Notes: generated by a model not told the origin, from the sequence alone. A DNA stretch of 64,000 bases from Mobula hypostoma (GCF_963921235.1 NC_086097.1:169138001-169202000); one strand, 5' to 3'; positions 1 to 14,057 are shown, counted from the stretch's first letter. Numbers and translations are program-made.

Positions 1-476
1 CTGGAGAGAGTTCAGAGAAAGTACACAAGAATGATTCCGGGAATGAAAAGGATTGATGGCTCTCGGGCTAGACTCACTGGAAGGAAGAATTGGGGGGGGG
101 GGGGGGGCGGGGTCTCACTGAAACCTGTCAAATGTTGAAAGGCCTCAATAGAGTGGAGAGGATGTTGCCTTTAGTGGGGTCTAGGACCAAATGGCACAGA
201 CTCTGAAAAGAGGGATGTCCATTGAGAATGGAGATGAAGAGGAATTTGTTTAGCTAGAGAGTGTTGAATCTGCCACAGGTGGCTGTGGAAGCCAAGTCAT
301 TGAGTATATTTAAGGTAAAGGTTGATAGATATTTGATTAGACAGGGCATGAAAGGTTATGGGGAGAAGGCAGAAAATTGGGACTAAGTGGAAAATAGATC
401 AGCCATGATGAAATAATGGAGCAGATGCGATGGGCCAAGTGGCCTAATTCTGCTCCTATATCTTAATGTCTTATGG
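1..476 (+). mobile_element. CR1 (HER1-type) LINE, 3' end, degenerate
   Basis: Reads LERVQRK.TRMIPGM, then the CR1 RT C-terminus and 3' UTR, ending in a tcttatgg-type tail. Confidence 0.85.
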
Positions 477-499
477 AAGTGAACCTAAATCCTAAGATG

Positions 500-1190
500 T
501 GATTGTAGAGTGTGCTAAAAGCACAACAGGAAAACTCAACAAACAAAAATCAGCATGAACCACAAAACTAAAATCATAAGAGCAAATTGTGGCAGCATTG
601 TACTGGTTAATTAATATAGTGAGAGTAGAAATACCCAACAAATAAATTTACAGAGCAGGTAACAACAAAATGATAAATTAATGGGGAAATAAGCACTATA
701 AAATCATAAGTGAAAAGTAAACCATATCAATCATACAGTGAATCACAAAACACCAGACAATTAACAATAAATATATAATTGAATTAATACAGAAGCAAGT
801 CTCTTGTGCAATAAATCAATGTAATTTCTACAAAAGTGAAATCGAAACATTAATGGGGAAGCAGGCACCCGGGAGTCAGTTAATCAATAAATCTAAACAA
901 ATAGAGCTGTGAGCTCACAAAAAACTCAATAGATTAATAAAAATAATTGGCACTGGCAAATGAAGTGGAGCAGCTAACACACAAGGTCTAATTATTAGAA
1001 CTTTGTGCACCATGTAAACTAATGAAGCAGCAGCCACCTAAGATGAATATACACATGGGATCAGACACCAAGAATTGATAAAATCACTGGACAACAATTT
1101 CAAAGCTTGGATGATGGGGATCACTAGGCTGTGTGTGAGAAAAACAGATAGCTAAACATCAAGAAATGAGTATAGGAAAATACCTGTAAG
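500..1190. repeat. Degenerate A-rich tandem array, period about 171 bp
   Basis: attaatggggaa at 677 and 849, with a related actaatgaagcagcagccacc near 1018; gtgaatcacaaaa at 738 and gtgagctcacaaaa at 909. Confidence 0.45.
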
Positions 1191-1218
1191 GTTCTGCATT
1201 TTTATCACACATTTTCAT

Positions 1219-1512
1219 GTTTATTTATTTTATTTACTTATTGAGATACAGTGTGGTATAGGACCTTCTGGCTCTTTGAGCCATGCTGCCCAGCAACTCC
1301 TGATTTAGTCCTAGCCTAATCATGGGACAATTTGATATGACCAATTAACCTACCAACCAGTAGGTCTTTAGATTGTGGGAAGAAACTGGAGCACCCGGAA
1401 GAAACCCACACAGTCACAAGTAGAACGTACAAACTCCTTACAGACAGTAGTGGTAATTGAACCCAGGTTACTAGCAAAGTGTTGTGCTAAGTCCTGCACT
1501 ACCATGCCACCC
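1219..1512 (-). mobile_element. HE1/V-SINE-type SINE
   Basis: V-SINE core on the minus strand (gtgggtttcttccgggtgctccagtttc...ttaattggtca) with a (ttta)n tail. Confidence 0.75.
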
Positions 1513-1643
1513 ATGAACAACATTTAAACATGCAGCAAATAAACAAAATTAATGAATTTGAGAAATTGAGCACATAACTTTATTCTAATTTATTTTCTGC
1601 AAGTCTTATCTTCTATAATACTTGAACATACATTTCCTTAGAA

Positions 1644-3120
1644 CAACCCTTCTCAACCATTTTGCCCTAGAGGACCCCTTGAAATAAGTTTCAGGTCTCA
1701 GGGAACAACTGCATAAAAATTATTATATCTATAGCTCACAGTACATTAGTGTCATCAGTAAGTTGTAGATATAATCAAAAATATTTGACAATGCTCTTTT
1801 GAGTAAAGAATGATTTTTTAGCTTACCTTTCTTGAAATTAATCTCTTTCTTTCCCTTTCATAAATAACAAAAGCTCCTAAGGCAAACATAGTAAACTCCT
1901 CAATTCTGGGTCGCACTTGAGATAAACACATCAAGATTTTACCTTCAGCTGAAAAGAGTCAATTTCTATCCTTGCTCCTGATGCTTGTTAAACAAGAAAA
2001 GGCTTGCTCACATATGTAAGAAGTTGAAAACTGCTGCAAAATGTTCATTGCACTCCTATGAACGGCAGGATAGTCTTCTTTCACAGAATTCCAGAACTTG
2101 TCCATGGGATGGTCAGTAAATCTTATCTTGAGTGCAAGATCAGATAGTCATAGTCATAGTCATACTTCATTGATCCTGGGGGAAATTGGTTTTTGTTACA
2201 GTTGCACTGTAACAGGCTGCATGCACGACCGATGCAACTCACAAAGCTCTTCCTCCTCTTTCAAAGTCAAGTTCTTAGGCTCAGCAGAAGATTCAGAGAA
2301 AGGGTCCCTCACCCAGGCATACACTTGTGTTCAAAGAGACGAAAAATACTGTTCAATTTTGTTCTGCAGTTCTTCCAGGTGGATTTCAATCAGCCTCAAG
2401 ACCTTCTGATATCTTTTCTCACTCTCAAGCCCAAGCAGCAGTGAAAACATTTCAAGATTTCCTTTTGCAGCATGACTTTTCCAAAGATTATTTCCTTTTA
2501 AATCCAAGAATCTTGTCACTTAAAGTCAAAACATTTTCTCCAGGGCCTTGCAGAGACTTGTTCAACTAATTCATACAGCGAAAAATGTCTGTTAACTAGG
2601 CTAGTTTCTGCAGCCATTCTTTATCTTCAAAGCACTCAGCAAAACCTGGCCTACTATTTTCTTGAAAGTACTCCTACAATTCACCTTTCAGCTCAAACAC
2701 CCTGTTGAGAACTCTTCCTTTGTTAAGCCACCAGATTTCTGTATGAAGCAGGAGATTGTTGTGCTCCTCGTCCAGGTTTTCACACAGTTTTTTAAATGTT
2801 CTCTTGTGAACTGGTCTTAAAGTTACTAAATAACTTGCTTCCTGAACACTTTAACTGACTGGGACTTTATTTTCAAAAGCTTTTTTCTGTTTGTTTTGAG
2901 ATTCCAATAATCGTTTAAAATAATCAGCACTTTTATGTGTCATATGGCTACTATAATTACTTGCCTTTTCAATTTTGCTGGAGCCATTTCTACTTTTGTA
3001 AGTTGTTTGCCACAGACTAGGCACTATGGAATAGGACAACTTGGATCACCAGTCCATATAAAACCCATTTATAAATAGCTTTCATTGTAAAGACAGACTT
3101 CTTTTTGTGTCTGGTGTTGC
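1644..3120 (-). mobile_element. hAT (Charlie/Buster-like) transposon relic
   Basis: Broken transposase on the minus strand (WLNKGRVLNRVFEL, GNLEMF, FSTSYICEQAFS dimerisation motif) and a TIR-like caacccttctcaacc at 1644. Confidence 0.8.
2144..2236 (-). mobile_element. Short LINE 3' tail inserted in the hAT
   Basis: (catagt)n tail interrupts the hAT reading frame between ELCEL and SDLAL. Confidence 0.55.
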
Positions 3121-4081
3121 TGAAAAAGTAAACCTGAAAAAGTTTACTGTTTCTTATCCACAATCACTGCCCAATCTTATGAGACACATGGTCTTTCAGT
3201 TTTATTTCAAATTTCTAGCACCTAGCTTTATAGGAATTCCTGATTTTCTGGTACTATAATAACCATGTCTCAGTGCACATTTCATTAATAATCTGAGGAG
3301 TTATAAGCAGATATTTGAATTTTATTTTTTTAAAAACAGGCTATTACTCATACTATTTTCTGGTCCTTGGAGGTGTTGGAGGAATTATAGACTTTAAATA
3401 ACTAGATCATCATATCACAACTCTAATAGCTAGCACATATATTAGTTATGGATGATAGAAGCTATTGGGTCAACTACTAAGATCTACAAAGCTAATAATA
3501 TTCTACATTTATATGGTTGAAAGTTTATGTCTTCACTGGGCTGCTTTCAAGACCATGTTTTATCTAACAGTTGAACCCAGCAAATGGGAGAACAAATAGA
3601 TACATAATTAAATAACATATAGCCTGTTGTCATAATAAAATGTTAACATGTTCCTTTATTTTCAGGTAAACCAAAAGAGTTTGCCATTTGGCCCAGTACA
3701 TTTCTAATGGCTCTTATCAAGAATTTTCCAATTAATTTTACTCATCAATTCTTTCACCATTTCCCTTAAATGTTTGCTTTTAACATAATTTTTTTCATAT
3801 AGGAGTAAGCCAACTCCAGACAAATCTTTGTTTAAATAAAATTATCATGTCCTTAATTTGCCAGTAACCTTAATTCACATTATCTAGATATCACCCATTT
3901 AGCAGATGAAACAGTTAGTCATGGATTATAGTCAAAGTGACTTTAAAATTCACAATACAAACAAATGGCAATGAAATCTTATTTTTAAAATATTTTTTGC
4001 CCAGAAGAACAATCTAGAAAGACACTATTTGATGATCTCCCAATCAGAAATTTCCTACAGTAAATCTATATAAATACATAC

Positions 4082-4471
4082 CTTTTAAAGCATTTGTGGC
4101 TTGAAAACCAGCTTCCTGCATACTGTTTTTCAAGCAATGCTAGGAATTCCAACTTCAACCTGCCCTTATTGGGCAAAACCAAGCAGGAAGCAGCCAGTAT
4201 ACTTCCACTGCAGGTCTTGACAGTCCATTTCTAAATGTAGTGTGTCTCATCTGCAAACAATCTTTAGAAGCAAATGCACAAATAAACAAAGTTCCAAACT
4301 GAAGTTTTGTAAGCAGTCAATTATCCACTAAATCACAAGAAGCTTGCCGTAGTCAATTTTGAAAGTCTTATTCCACAGATGCCCTTTCAAGAAGTTAGAG
4401 TCACTGTGTCTTCTCCAGGATTCATCCAGAAGCATTTTCCATTCACATTCTATGTAGCTTTAGGCAAACTC
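4082..4471 (-). other. Candidate 390-nt exon of the minus-strand gene (5' UTR with uORFs; possible start MQEAGFQATNALK at 4121)
   Basis: Acceptor gtttgtttctaatttttcag|G and donor AAG|gtatgt around non-repetitive sequence. Confidence 0.5.
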
Positions 4472-4539
4472 CTGAAAAATTAGAAACAAACTTCTTTTCA
4501 TTATCTATAGACATGAACACTGACTTGAGAGGCATTTAG

Positions 4540-5635
4540 ATTACAGAAACTTTAAAAAGAAGCAATTATAAATCTCAGAATGCTCCTCTTGTAGGATCTA
4601 GGAAGGTAGGGAGACCTCCAGCATCCCTGATAACTACACCTGCAAGAAGTGCAGCTTCTAACAGACCCTGTTAAGAATTTGGAGCTGTAACTGGATGAAT
4701 TCTGGATCACTTGTGAGGCTGAGAGGTTGATAAGACAGGACATACAGGGAAGTAGTTACACCCAAAGTGGAGGTAACTAGATGACCATCAGGAGGGGGGA
4801 AAGGAGATAAGCAGACAGTGCAGAATACACCTGTAGCTGTTCTGCTCAACAGCAGATATGCTGCTTTATACTGTTGAGGAGAATGACCTGGCAGAGGAAA
4901 GCCATAGTAGTTAGGTCTCTAGCACTGAGTGTGGCTCTGCAATTCAAAAGTGAAGGTGGGGGAGAAGAGATTTCTTGCAAAAGGGACTAATATCCTAGCC
5001 GGAAGGTCTCCCTGTGCTGCATGGTGTGGTTTAAACTAGATTTGCATGGGGATGGGAACCAAAGTGCCAGTATGGATAGTGATTGTGGAGAAAGATGTTG
5101 TTAAGCGTACAAACAAGGTCAAGAATCAAAATATCGAACATGGTGGGACTAATGTTCTGAGCTGCATGCATTTCAATACAAGGAGTATTGCAGAAAAGGT
5201 ATGATCTTGAGCTTAGGGCATGATCATCACGTGGAATTATGATATTGTAGCCATTAGATAGCTTGATTGCTGGTGGTGGGGGGGCAGGCAGGACCAGCAG
5301 CTCAGCGTTCCAGGGTTCAGTTATAATAGACATGATAGAGCGGGAGGGATTAAAGGGGGAGAGGTGACATTAGTTAAGGGAAATCTCACTTCAGTGCTCA
5401 GTCAAGACAGACTAGAGAGCTCATCTAGTGAGGCTTTATGGGTAGAACTGAGGAAAAAGAAAGGTATGACCATGTTAATAGGACTATCTTATAGACCACC
5501 CAATGGTCCATGAGATTTAGAGGAGGAAATTTGTAGAGAGATTGCAGACTGATTTAAGAAACATTTTTCTTTATGATAGTAGGTGATTTTAACTTTCCAC
5601 ATATTGACTGAGACTCCCATATTGTAAAAAAGTTG
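4540..5635 (+). mobile_element. CR1 LINE 5' portion (ORF1 and APE endonuclease relic, internally deleted)
   Basis: Endonuclease-like segments (YDIVAI, EALWVELR, YRPPN, IVGDFNFPHID) with stops. Confidence 0.7.
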
Positions 5636-5639
5636 GATG

Positions 5640-6170
5640 GGTCAGTTTAGGTCACTCACCTATAAGAAAAATGCAAATAAGATCAAGAGTGTTGGGAAAA
5701 TTTACAAGGATATTGTTGGGATTTCAGGACCTGAGTTATAGGGCAAGGATGAATAGGTTAGTACTTTATTCTTTAGAACGTAGAAGATTAAGGGGAGATT
5801 TGATAGAGGTATACAAAATTATGAGGGGTACAGATAGGGTTAATGCAAGTAGGCATTTTCCTCTGAGGTGAGGTGAGACTAGAATTAGATGTCATGGGTT
5901 AAGGGTGAAAGGTAAAATGTTTAAGTGGAACATGAGGGGAAACTTCTTCACTCAGAAGCTGGTGAGAGTGGTGAACAGAGCTATAAGCGCAAATGCTGGA
6001 TACAGGGCCAATTTCAACATTTCAGAGAAATTTGAATAGGTAAATGGATGGGAGGGGGATTGAGGGCTATGATTCAGGTGCAGGTCAATGGGACAAGACA
6101 AATTATTGGCTTGGCATGGACTAGTTGGGCCAAAGCCTGTTCCTGTGCTGTAGTGTTCCATGAACTATAA
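5640..6170 (+). mobile_element. CR1 LINE 3' end
   Basis: ORF 5671-5871 contains YSLERRRLRGDLIEVYKIMRG; CR1 3' UTR follows. Confidence 0.85.
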
Positions 6171-6709
6171 AATCCTAATCATCTTGACCTACCTTATCCA
6201 TGCCAGTTACAATGCTTATCTATGTTAATTTCACATCCCTCACTTGGCTCGTATCCACCTACATTTATCCTAAATAATTAACCAAAAATCTTTTAACCAT
6301 CCTAATTACATCCGTCTTTCTATCTTATTCCTGATAACCACAACTATCAGTGGGAAAAACATAAAGACCCATCCACCACTATCGCCTTCTATCACCAAGC
6401 CAATTCTGGGTTTTAACATGCCTTATGTCTTAGACTGATCCAAAAGGTTATCATATGTGACCTTGTCAAAAACCTTCCAGCCTTTGGTTTGAATTGAGAG
6501 ATATATTCTATCTTTGTTCTGCATACTGAGATATGGTGAAGTCATACGTACAGGAAATATGGTTGAGGACAACTATGGAAGAAGGGAAGCCATGATTCAG
6601 GAAGGAAGACACCAGAACAGTAGGTGTCATGCAACAAATGTGACAGAAACAAAGAAACTAAGAAAAAGGAATGCCCTCCTTATTGACAAAGGATGAGAGG
6701 ATATATAGT

Positions 6710-6941
6710 TGCCTGTAGGGAGTTTGCACGCTCTCTCCATGACCTCATGGGTTTCCTCCGGGTACTCAGGTTTCCTCCGGGTGCTGTGGTTTCCTCCCAC
6801 AGTCGAAAGACATACTGGTTGGTAAGTTAATTGGTCATTGTAAACCGTCCCGTGATTAGGATTAAATCCGAGGATTGCTGCCCACCACGGCTCAAGAGGA
6901 CGGAAGGGCCTGTTCCGCGGTGTATGTCAATAAATAAATAA
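6710..6941 (+). mobile_element. HE1/V-SINE-type SINE with a short internal duplication
   Basis: V-core gggtttcctccgggt present twice, ttaattggtcattgtaaa, and a (taaa)n tail. Confidence 0.75.
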
Positions 6942-7169
6942 CAACTGTAAGAATGCTTGTAAATTGTCTTGTTTATCTCCTGAGATAAAAACAGATAAAC
7001 CCAGAAAGGGAAGAGAAATGTCTGAGATAAACAATGTAAATGAGAGTACAATGGAAATCAGCAGCAAAAGTGATGAAATTTGAGTTCTGTATGGGTGCCA
7101 TATACAGCATCAATGCACTCATCAACATTACTGTACCACAGTTTTAAATGCCCATTACCGACACATTTT

Positions 7170-7530
7170 ACCTACTGGATCTCCTTTCCTTTCTGTTCCC
7201 ATCTGCCCACCACCTCCATTATTTGGTTTATTGCTCCATCTTCCTTTCCTATCAGATTCCATCATCTGTAGCCCTTTGTTACCTCTAGCTGTTACCTCCC
7301 AACCTCAACTGCTAATTCCATTCTTCTATCCACCATCTGCCTATTACTTATCCTTACTTAGATCCATTTATCACTTGCCAGCTCTTGCTCCACCCCTTCC
7401 CCTCACCTCATTATACTGGATACCTCCCTTCCATTTTTCAGTCCAGATGAAGGGCCCTGACACAAAACATCAACTATTTTTTCCCTTCACAGAAGACACC
7501 TTACCTGCTGATTCCAGCATCGGTAGTTTC
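7170..7530 (+). mobile_element. Penelope-like pLTR, degenerate
   Basis: Pyrimidine-rich pLTR body followed by a decayed hammerhead, cagtccagatgaagggccctgacacaaaacatc. Confidence 0.6.
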
Positions 7531-8286
7531 TCCTATCTCCAAACTAATTGGAATGATCAGTAATGTCTTTGACACAGTGAATTACATACATTTTGCCCTC
7601 TAAAAGTAAATTTCCTCTTCCTTTAAAACTTTATTTATTCTCAGGACTAAATTTACCCTCCTTACTCATTCTTAAATCATTTTCACTCCAGTTCTACAAT
7701 TTTTGATGCAAGAAGATAGAAACTGCTTGTCTTATTCCAGAACTGGTTCACCAGTCTGCACAATGTCAATGACTACTGTTCTAGTTTAAACTTTAGTGTT
7801 GTCAAGTTGAAGTTCATTATCACGTACGTGCTAGGATATAAATGCCTTGAAAACTTGCCCCAGAGACATCATAGCATTACCTTCTTTATTAGTAACTGCC
7901 ATTGCTGCATAAATCCAATTATGCTTTGAGCTTTTTGTCCAAGAAGCTCCTTCCACAACTAAGCAATGATAGTCCGCAGGTTTGTGGGTAACAAATCAGC
8001 ACAAAGATGTTCACATATTATAAAAATGAGTAAGGGCAATTTTTAAAATTTATATTGTCCTACATCAATTAATATCCACAGTCTTGAAACATTATTTCCT
8101 ACTCTGTGATCCAATACTTGTCTCATCAAAAAATTTGTTCATTCATACCAATACATATTGAAGTGTCATTCACAATACAGTGATGGTCCCAGAAATAATA
8201 ATTCTCAAACACCAGAGCAATTTGCATTTATGGCATTTACTTACCAAGTCATCTAGTCAATTTGTATAATAAACCACACTGCTTAC

Positions 8287-8332
8287 CTTTTTTTGTTGCC
8301 CTCTTGGTTGGATGGGATGGTTCTTAACAAAG
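8287..8332 (-). other. Candidate 46-nt exon
   Basis: Acceptor tactatttctgcag|C and donor AAG|gtaagc. Confidence 0.45.
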
Positions 8333-8494
8333 CTGCAGAAATAGTATCATGAATGCTAATTCAGATACCTTAATTTAATTTTGCAATAAGCGCTAGTGAA
8401 CCCAAGAATTTCATGTTATATTCCAATGTAAAGTAAATTATAAATAGAGTCATAAAGTACTACAGCACAGAAACAGGCCCTTCACCCACCTAAT

Positions 8495-9930
8495 CATGGT
8501 TAGAGCATTGGCTGATTGGTAGGAGGCAGCGAGTGGAAATAAAAGGATCCTTTTCTGGTTGGCTGCCAGTGACTAGTGGTGCTCCACAGGGGTCACTGTT
8601 GAGACCACTTTTTTTTGGGCTGTATATCAACGATTTAGATGATAGCACAGATGGCTTTGTTGCCAAGTTTGCAGATAATACGAAGATTGGTGGAGGGGCA
8701 GGTAGTGTTGAGGAAACAGGTAGGTTGCAGAGTGACTTAGACAGATTAGGAGAATGGGCAAGAGAGTGGCAAATGAAATACAATGTTGGAAAATGCACGG
8801 TCATGCACTTTGGTAGTAGAAATAACTGTGCGGACTATTTTCCAAACAGGGAGAAAATCTAAAAGTCTGAGATGCAAAAGGACTTAGGAGTCCTTGTGCA
8901 GAACAACCTAAAGGTTAACTTGCAGGTAGAATCAGTGGTGAGGAAGGCAAATGCAATGTTAGTATTCATTTCAATAGGTCTAGAATACAAGATCAGGGAT
9001 GTGATGCTGAGGCTTTATAAGGTACTGGTGAGGCCTCACTTTGAGTGTTGTGAACAGTTTTGGGCTCCTCATCTTAGAAAAAATATGCTGGCATTGGAGA
9101 GGGTTCAGAGGAATTTAACAAGGATGATACCAGGAATGAAAGTGAATGAAATGAATTAGGCATTGATTGTGTGGATAGTCAGAGGCGTTTTCCCAGGGCT
9201 GAAATGGCTAACACAAGAGGGCACAGTTTTAAGGTACTTGAAAGTAGGTACAGAGGGGATGCCAGGGGTAAGTTGTTTTTTTTTTACACAGAAAGTGGTG
9301 AGTGTGTGGAGTGGGCTGCTGGCGACTGTGGTGGAGGCGGATACAATAGGGTCTTTTAAGAGACTCCTGGATAGGTACATGGAGTTAGAAAAATAGAGAG
9401 CTATGGGCAAACCTAGGTAATTTCTAAAGTAAGTACATGTTCGGCACACCATTGTGGGCCATGGACCTGTATTGTGCTGTAGGGTTTCTATGAAAGGGTT
9501 ATACGAGGAATGTTTGATGGCTCTGGGTCCGTTTAGAAGGATGAGGGGAATCTCATTGAAACCTTTCAGATTTTGGAAGGCCTAGACAGAGTAAATGTGG
9601 AAAGAATGTTTCCCACGGTGGGGGTGTCAAAGACAAAAGGGCACAGCCTCAAGGTAGAGGGACGTCCATTTAAAATAGAGATGCACGGAAATTTCTTTAG
9701 CCAGAGGGCAGAGAATTTGTGGAATTTATTACCACAAGTAGCAGAGGAGGCCAGGTCATTGGGGGTATTTAAAGCAGATCGGTTCTTGATTGGACATGGC
9801 ATCAAAGGTTACAGGGAGAATACTGGGGAGTGGGGCTGAGGAGGGGAAAAAAGGATCAGTCATGATTAAGTGATGGAACAGACCCAATGGGCCAAATGAC
9901 CTAAATCTGCTCCTTTGTTTTATGGTCTAA
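8495..9930 (+). mobile_element. CR1 LINE RT and 3' end, interrupted by a second CR1
   Basis: ORFs 8533-8862 (SGAPQGS, YINDLD, KFADNTK), 8872-9159 and 9573-9839; CR1 tail near 9925. Confidence 0.9.
9143..9489 (+). mobile_element. Nested CR1 3' fragment of a different subfamily
   Basis: DSQRRFPRAEMANTRGHSFKV with its own 3' tail; flanked by atgaaag direct repeats at 9136-9142 and 9490-9496. Confidence 0.8.
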
Positions 9931-12900
9931 ATACTTTGAAAAAACAATAAGGAACAGGCCCTTCTAAAATATGATATTGTTTAATGAAGAAAGATCAACT
10001 GATGATCTGCCATTAAATAGGCCTTCAGGGAATAGTGATCAAAATATGATGGAATTTTATACACAAATCAAAAATAAGTGGATTCAATCTGGAAAAAAAG
10101 CAAACTATGAAGGCATGAGGCACAAGATGATTTTGTAAAAATGGGAAACCACATTAACAAACAAGTAGTGGCTAACATTATAAGTATAGCTTCCAAGTAT
10201 ATAGCTTACAAGTAATACTATATATACTTTAAAAGCAAGTAAAGTCCACAATTAGAGGAGACTTGAGGACTTTTTTTTCCATCCAGAGGATGGTCGAAAT
10301 CTGAAATACACAAGGGATCAGTAGTGACTGATTCTCTCACAATATTTAAATACTTAGATGAGCCATGACATAGAAGGCTACAGCCAAATGCTGTGAAATG
10401 GGATTTGTATAGATATTTGCTGGCCACCAGAGACAAGGTGAGCTGAATGATTCTATCAGTTATAAAATGCACTAGACATGGCTATCAAAAGATGTTAAAC
10501 ATTGCATTAGATGAAAGGAAAGGTTGATGATTAAAACTTTATTAAAACAGCTGTAAATGACTGTGTCTCCACAAAATTATTCACGATTTATCCTAATCAG
10601 AAGCACTGGATGAACTATGAAATCTGGAATTTGTTGAGAGCCAGATCAGAGACATTCAAGTCTGGAGATCAAGAATGCTACAGACAGTGGTCAGTATATG
10701 GAATGAGCTGCCGGAGAAAGTTATAGAGGTGAGCACAATTACACTGTTTAAAAGGTAATCTATGACTCTACTACATTCATTGTTCACAATGTTGTGACAG
10801 AGCACCTGTGGTCAGTCAGCAGAGATAATCCTGAGCTTCCTGTGCTTGACACGTTAATTCCAAATCCCACTCCTATTGCAACCTGCCTGAAGCCTTCTCC
10901 ACATCAGATTCCCAACAAACACCAACAAACTTTCCATTGTCTTGAACTGCCATACAATTATTTGAGCAGAAATTTCCTCTAACTAAATATAACAATGATC
11001 AAAACCAGTTTCCTCATACGCTCAAATTAAGAGTCACTATAGGCCATTTGGCTCTTGGAGTCTGCTAGTTGATAAGATAACGGCTAATGCAATTATAATA
11101 GCAATTTCATATTCTCATCTACCCTTGGTAAATTTGCAAAAACCACCCTCCCCCTCCTTCCCCCCCCTGCCCCAACACACACATCAAATGCATATCAAGA
11201 ATCCCTCTATCTTTACTTTAAAAATAATCAATGATTCTGCTTTCATTATCCTAGGAAGTTCCAAATACTTCCAAAAAAAAAATCACCTAATCTGCATCTT
11301 TATTAGGTAATCCCCAAATCCAGATTTCCTCACACAAGGAAACAGTCTCTCCTTACCTGCCATGAAAGAACACTCCCAATCTCAGTTCCTGCTGCAATCC
11401 TAGTTGCTAGACAACACTTGCAACCTTCTTCCCAGCAAATGCTCAAGATCAGTCTAGATTGTTCTTAATTTTGATATCATATTCAACTCTATGCTAAGAT
11501 TCAGAGCATATATCGATACCTGTCACAAAGATGGCAATTTTCCACACATGAACACCTGACTCTAACCTGCTTCACTTCACTTGCTGAAACCTTCCTGCAT
11601 ACATCTACCATCAATGAAACTGAACACAGTCCTGGAGACCTCTCCATTTTCTATCCTCTTTCAAAAGTAGTGTTGGACAAGCAATGTTCTAACTGCCATG
11701 AGCACCCCATTAGCAATAACCTGTGTTAAGTGGTCTACCTTTCTCAACCAAGACCCAACCGGCTGCTTCATCATTGTTGTTTCATGGTGATACCTTATTT
11801 TCTTTCTATGTTGTTTCTACTCTGACACCACTTACATAGAGTGGCAAATGGTAAACTTCAAAAGGTCAATATTATTTTGGTTATTCTATGTGATAGAAAA
11901 GCATAGCTTCATACCCACAATTCTTAAAAAGCATAAATTCAGGAAGCAAAGCTAGCACTTATTGGCTACTTTTAGGACAGCTGCAGTATGTGTGATGCAA
12001 AGGTGGTGAAGGTTATCTAAATGTTGAGGATGATTTAAATCTAATGACAAAGGTAGACTGCTTATTTACTCCTCAACAAATCACAAAACATGAAGGGTAA
12101 CATCCAGATTGTAATACAGTAGATTCCATTTGATCAGGGCAGTCATTTATTTGGGACAACTCTTAAGGGACAAAAACTGAGAAAATTGCCAGGATTCCCT
12201 TCATTTATTGGGGACACCATGCCATTTAAATGGACTAGGAGATTGTTGCTGAAGTTTCTAACTAGCAAAAGATGCATGTACTTGTGTGGCCATAAAACAC
12301 TAGACCCTGCTGAGACTGAGCAGTTTGTAAATAGCGCCAGTTGTGTGCACTTGTGTTCAAAATGCAGTGATTTGTGTCACTGATAGCCGGTGAGAAATAA
12401 GTAGTAAGGCGATTCAGAACTGCTTTGCTCCCGCGGCTCCAAGCATTCAGGCTTGAGATGCCAGAAATAGCTGGGAGTGAAAATGAAACAATTTAACTAC
12501 TTCAACAAGTTTGGAACTACAAAGGATCCGAAGACATTGACAACCATGGATAACAAAGATTTTGCTTCCTGAATACTTTTGGGTGTAGTTTATGGATTTT
12601 GGGCTGCTGATCATGAAAATCATCACGAAATTTCCCTATCATGCAACTTTTTTTTTGAAATTGCCTATATACGTTTATTTCAATTCATAATTCAAGTCAA
12701 TTAAAATGTTGCCAACAATGTAAGCTGAAAATATTTCTAGCTTGTCCATGCATGCTTAGGCAGGGCAAATGCTGCATGGAGGACAGGTTTTAGAAAGACT
12801 ATAAAAGCATCACACACATACCGTTCTATGCATTGCATTTACATGATTATCGGTTTGCAATCACGTTGATGTGCATGCTCTACACACATAGCATTTTGTG

Positions 12901-13763
12901 AGTACTCATTATAATAAAGTAATAGTATTTTCAGGAGTATTTGTGATAGCAAAATGTCTTGCCAATCTTACAACAGTGCGATACTTTCTGTTATATTTGT
13001 GAGAAGTATGCATTTAAATCTCAAAGACAGAGCGTGACTCCTGTTATTAAGAAAGCCTATGAGCTCTACTTTGGGTGTAAAATTGGCAACCAAGACTAAG
13101 CCTGAGCTCCTCACATTTGTTGTTCAACATGCGCTGTTGATCTTAGAGCCTGGCTCAGAGGTACTCGGAAGTCAATGCCACTCGTAGTCCTGAAGATATG
13201 GTGAGAGCAGAAGGATGATGAGATAGACTGCTTCTTCTGTCTGACCAGTGTGTATGGTTTCTCTGCTAAAAACAACAAATCCATTGATTACCCCAATGAC
13301 CCTTCTGCCAAGAGACCTGTGCCACATGATGATAGTCTTCCAGTACCGAAGACACCAGAGACATGGAGTCGAGAGGAGGCAGACGAAGATACACGAGCCA
13401 GGAATTGAAAATGACAACAATACTAACTGATAGATTTTGAACCCTTTATGTTGAGTAAGCCTCATCTGATAACTCAATCTGAGTTAAATGACCTGGTCAG
13501 AGACTTTGGTTTGTCAAAGGCAAAAACAGAATTACTGGGTCCAAGACTGCAAGGATGAAATCTGCTATCACCAGGCACAAAACTTGCCATCTTTCTCAGT
13601 TACTAAGAAGATATGACGCAATTCTTTGGGCAGGTTGATAATCTGTGTTTCTGTACTGACGTTAGTGGCTTTTGACTTCTTTGGGTTGCCAGCATGACCC
13701 ACAACAATGCCATATTTTTATTGATTCTTCAGTGTTAAGCCTGAAAGCTATGCTTTCCGATTT

Positions 13764-13965
13764 GCACTGCTGTCTGATTTGCAAATGAAACAACTTGGTG
13801 TATGCGAGCTGCATTCCTGTAGCAATGCTACTTCTTTCAGATTATCACAGATGTCCCAGTTGTAGTTGCTGTACTTATTACATACACTCTCTGTGGAGAT
13901 CGGCTGCAGAGGTTTCCCAGCCAAATCAGCATGTTGGTTGTTGTCAGATCTGAGCCTGGACAAAA
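13764..13965 (-). repeat. Inverted two-segment copy of 14305-14382 plus 14482-14605
   Basis: Reverse complement matches those two blocks, joined without the intervening 99 bp. Confidence 0.9.
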
Positions 13966-14057
13966 CGGCAATGTCCACCCTTCAATACTAATCGTCTATG
14001 CAGTACACATGAAAAAAAACACTACTGAAATTTGGAAGTCTTGTTGAAACACATATT

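Noticed and set aside
93..107. Poly-G run
   Set aside because: Homopolymer expansion inside a CR1 relic
1440..1512. tRNA gene at the SINE head
   Set aside because: Degenerate tRNA-derived SINE head with no complete cloverleaf
1644..3120. Domesticated ZBED5/SCAND3-like gene
   Set aside because: Multiple stops, frameshifts, an internal deletion and a LINE insertion; it is a transposon fossil
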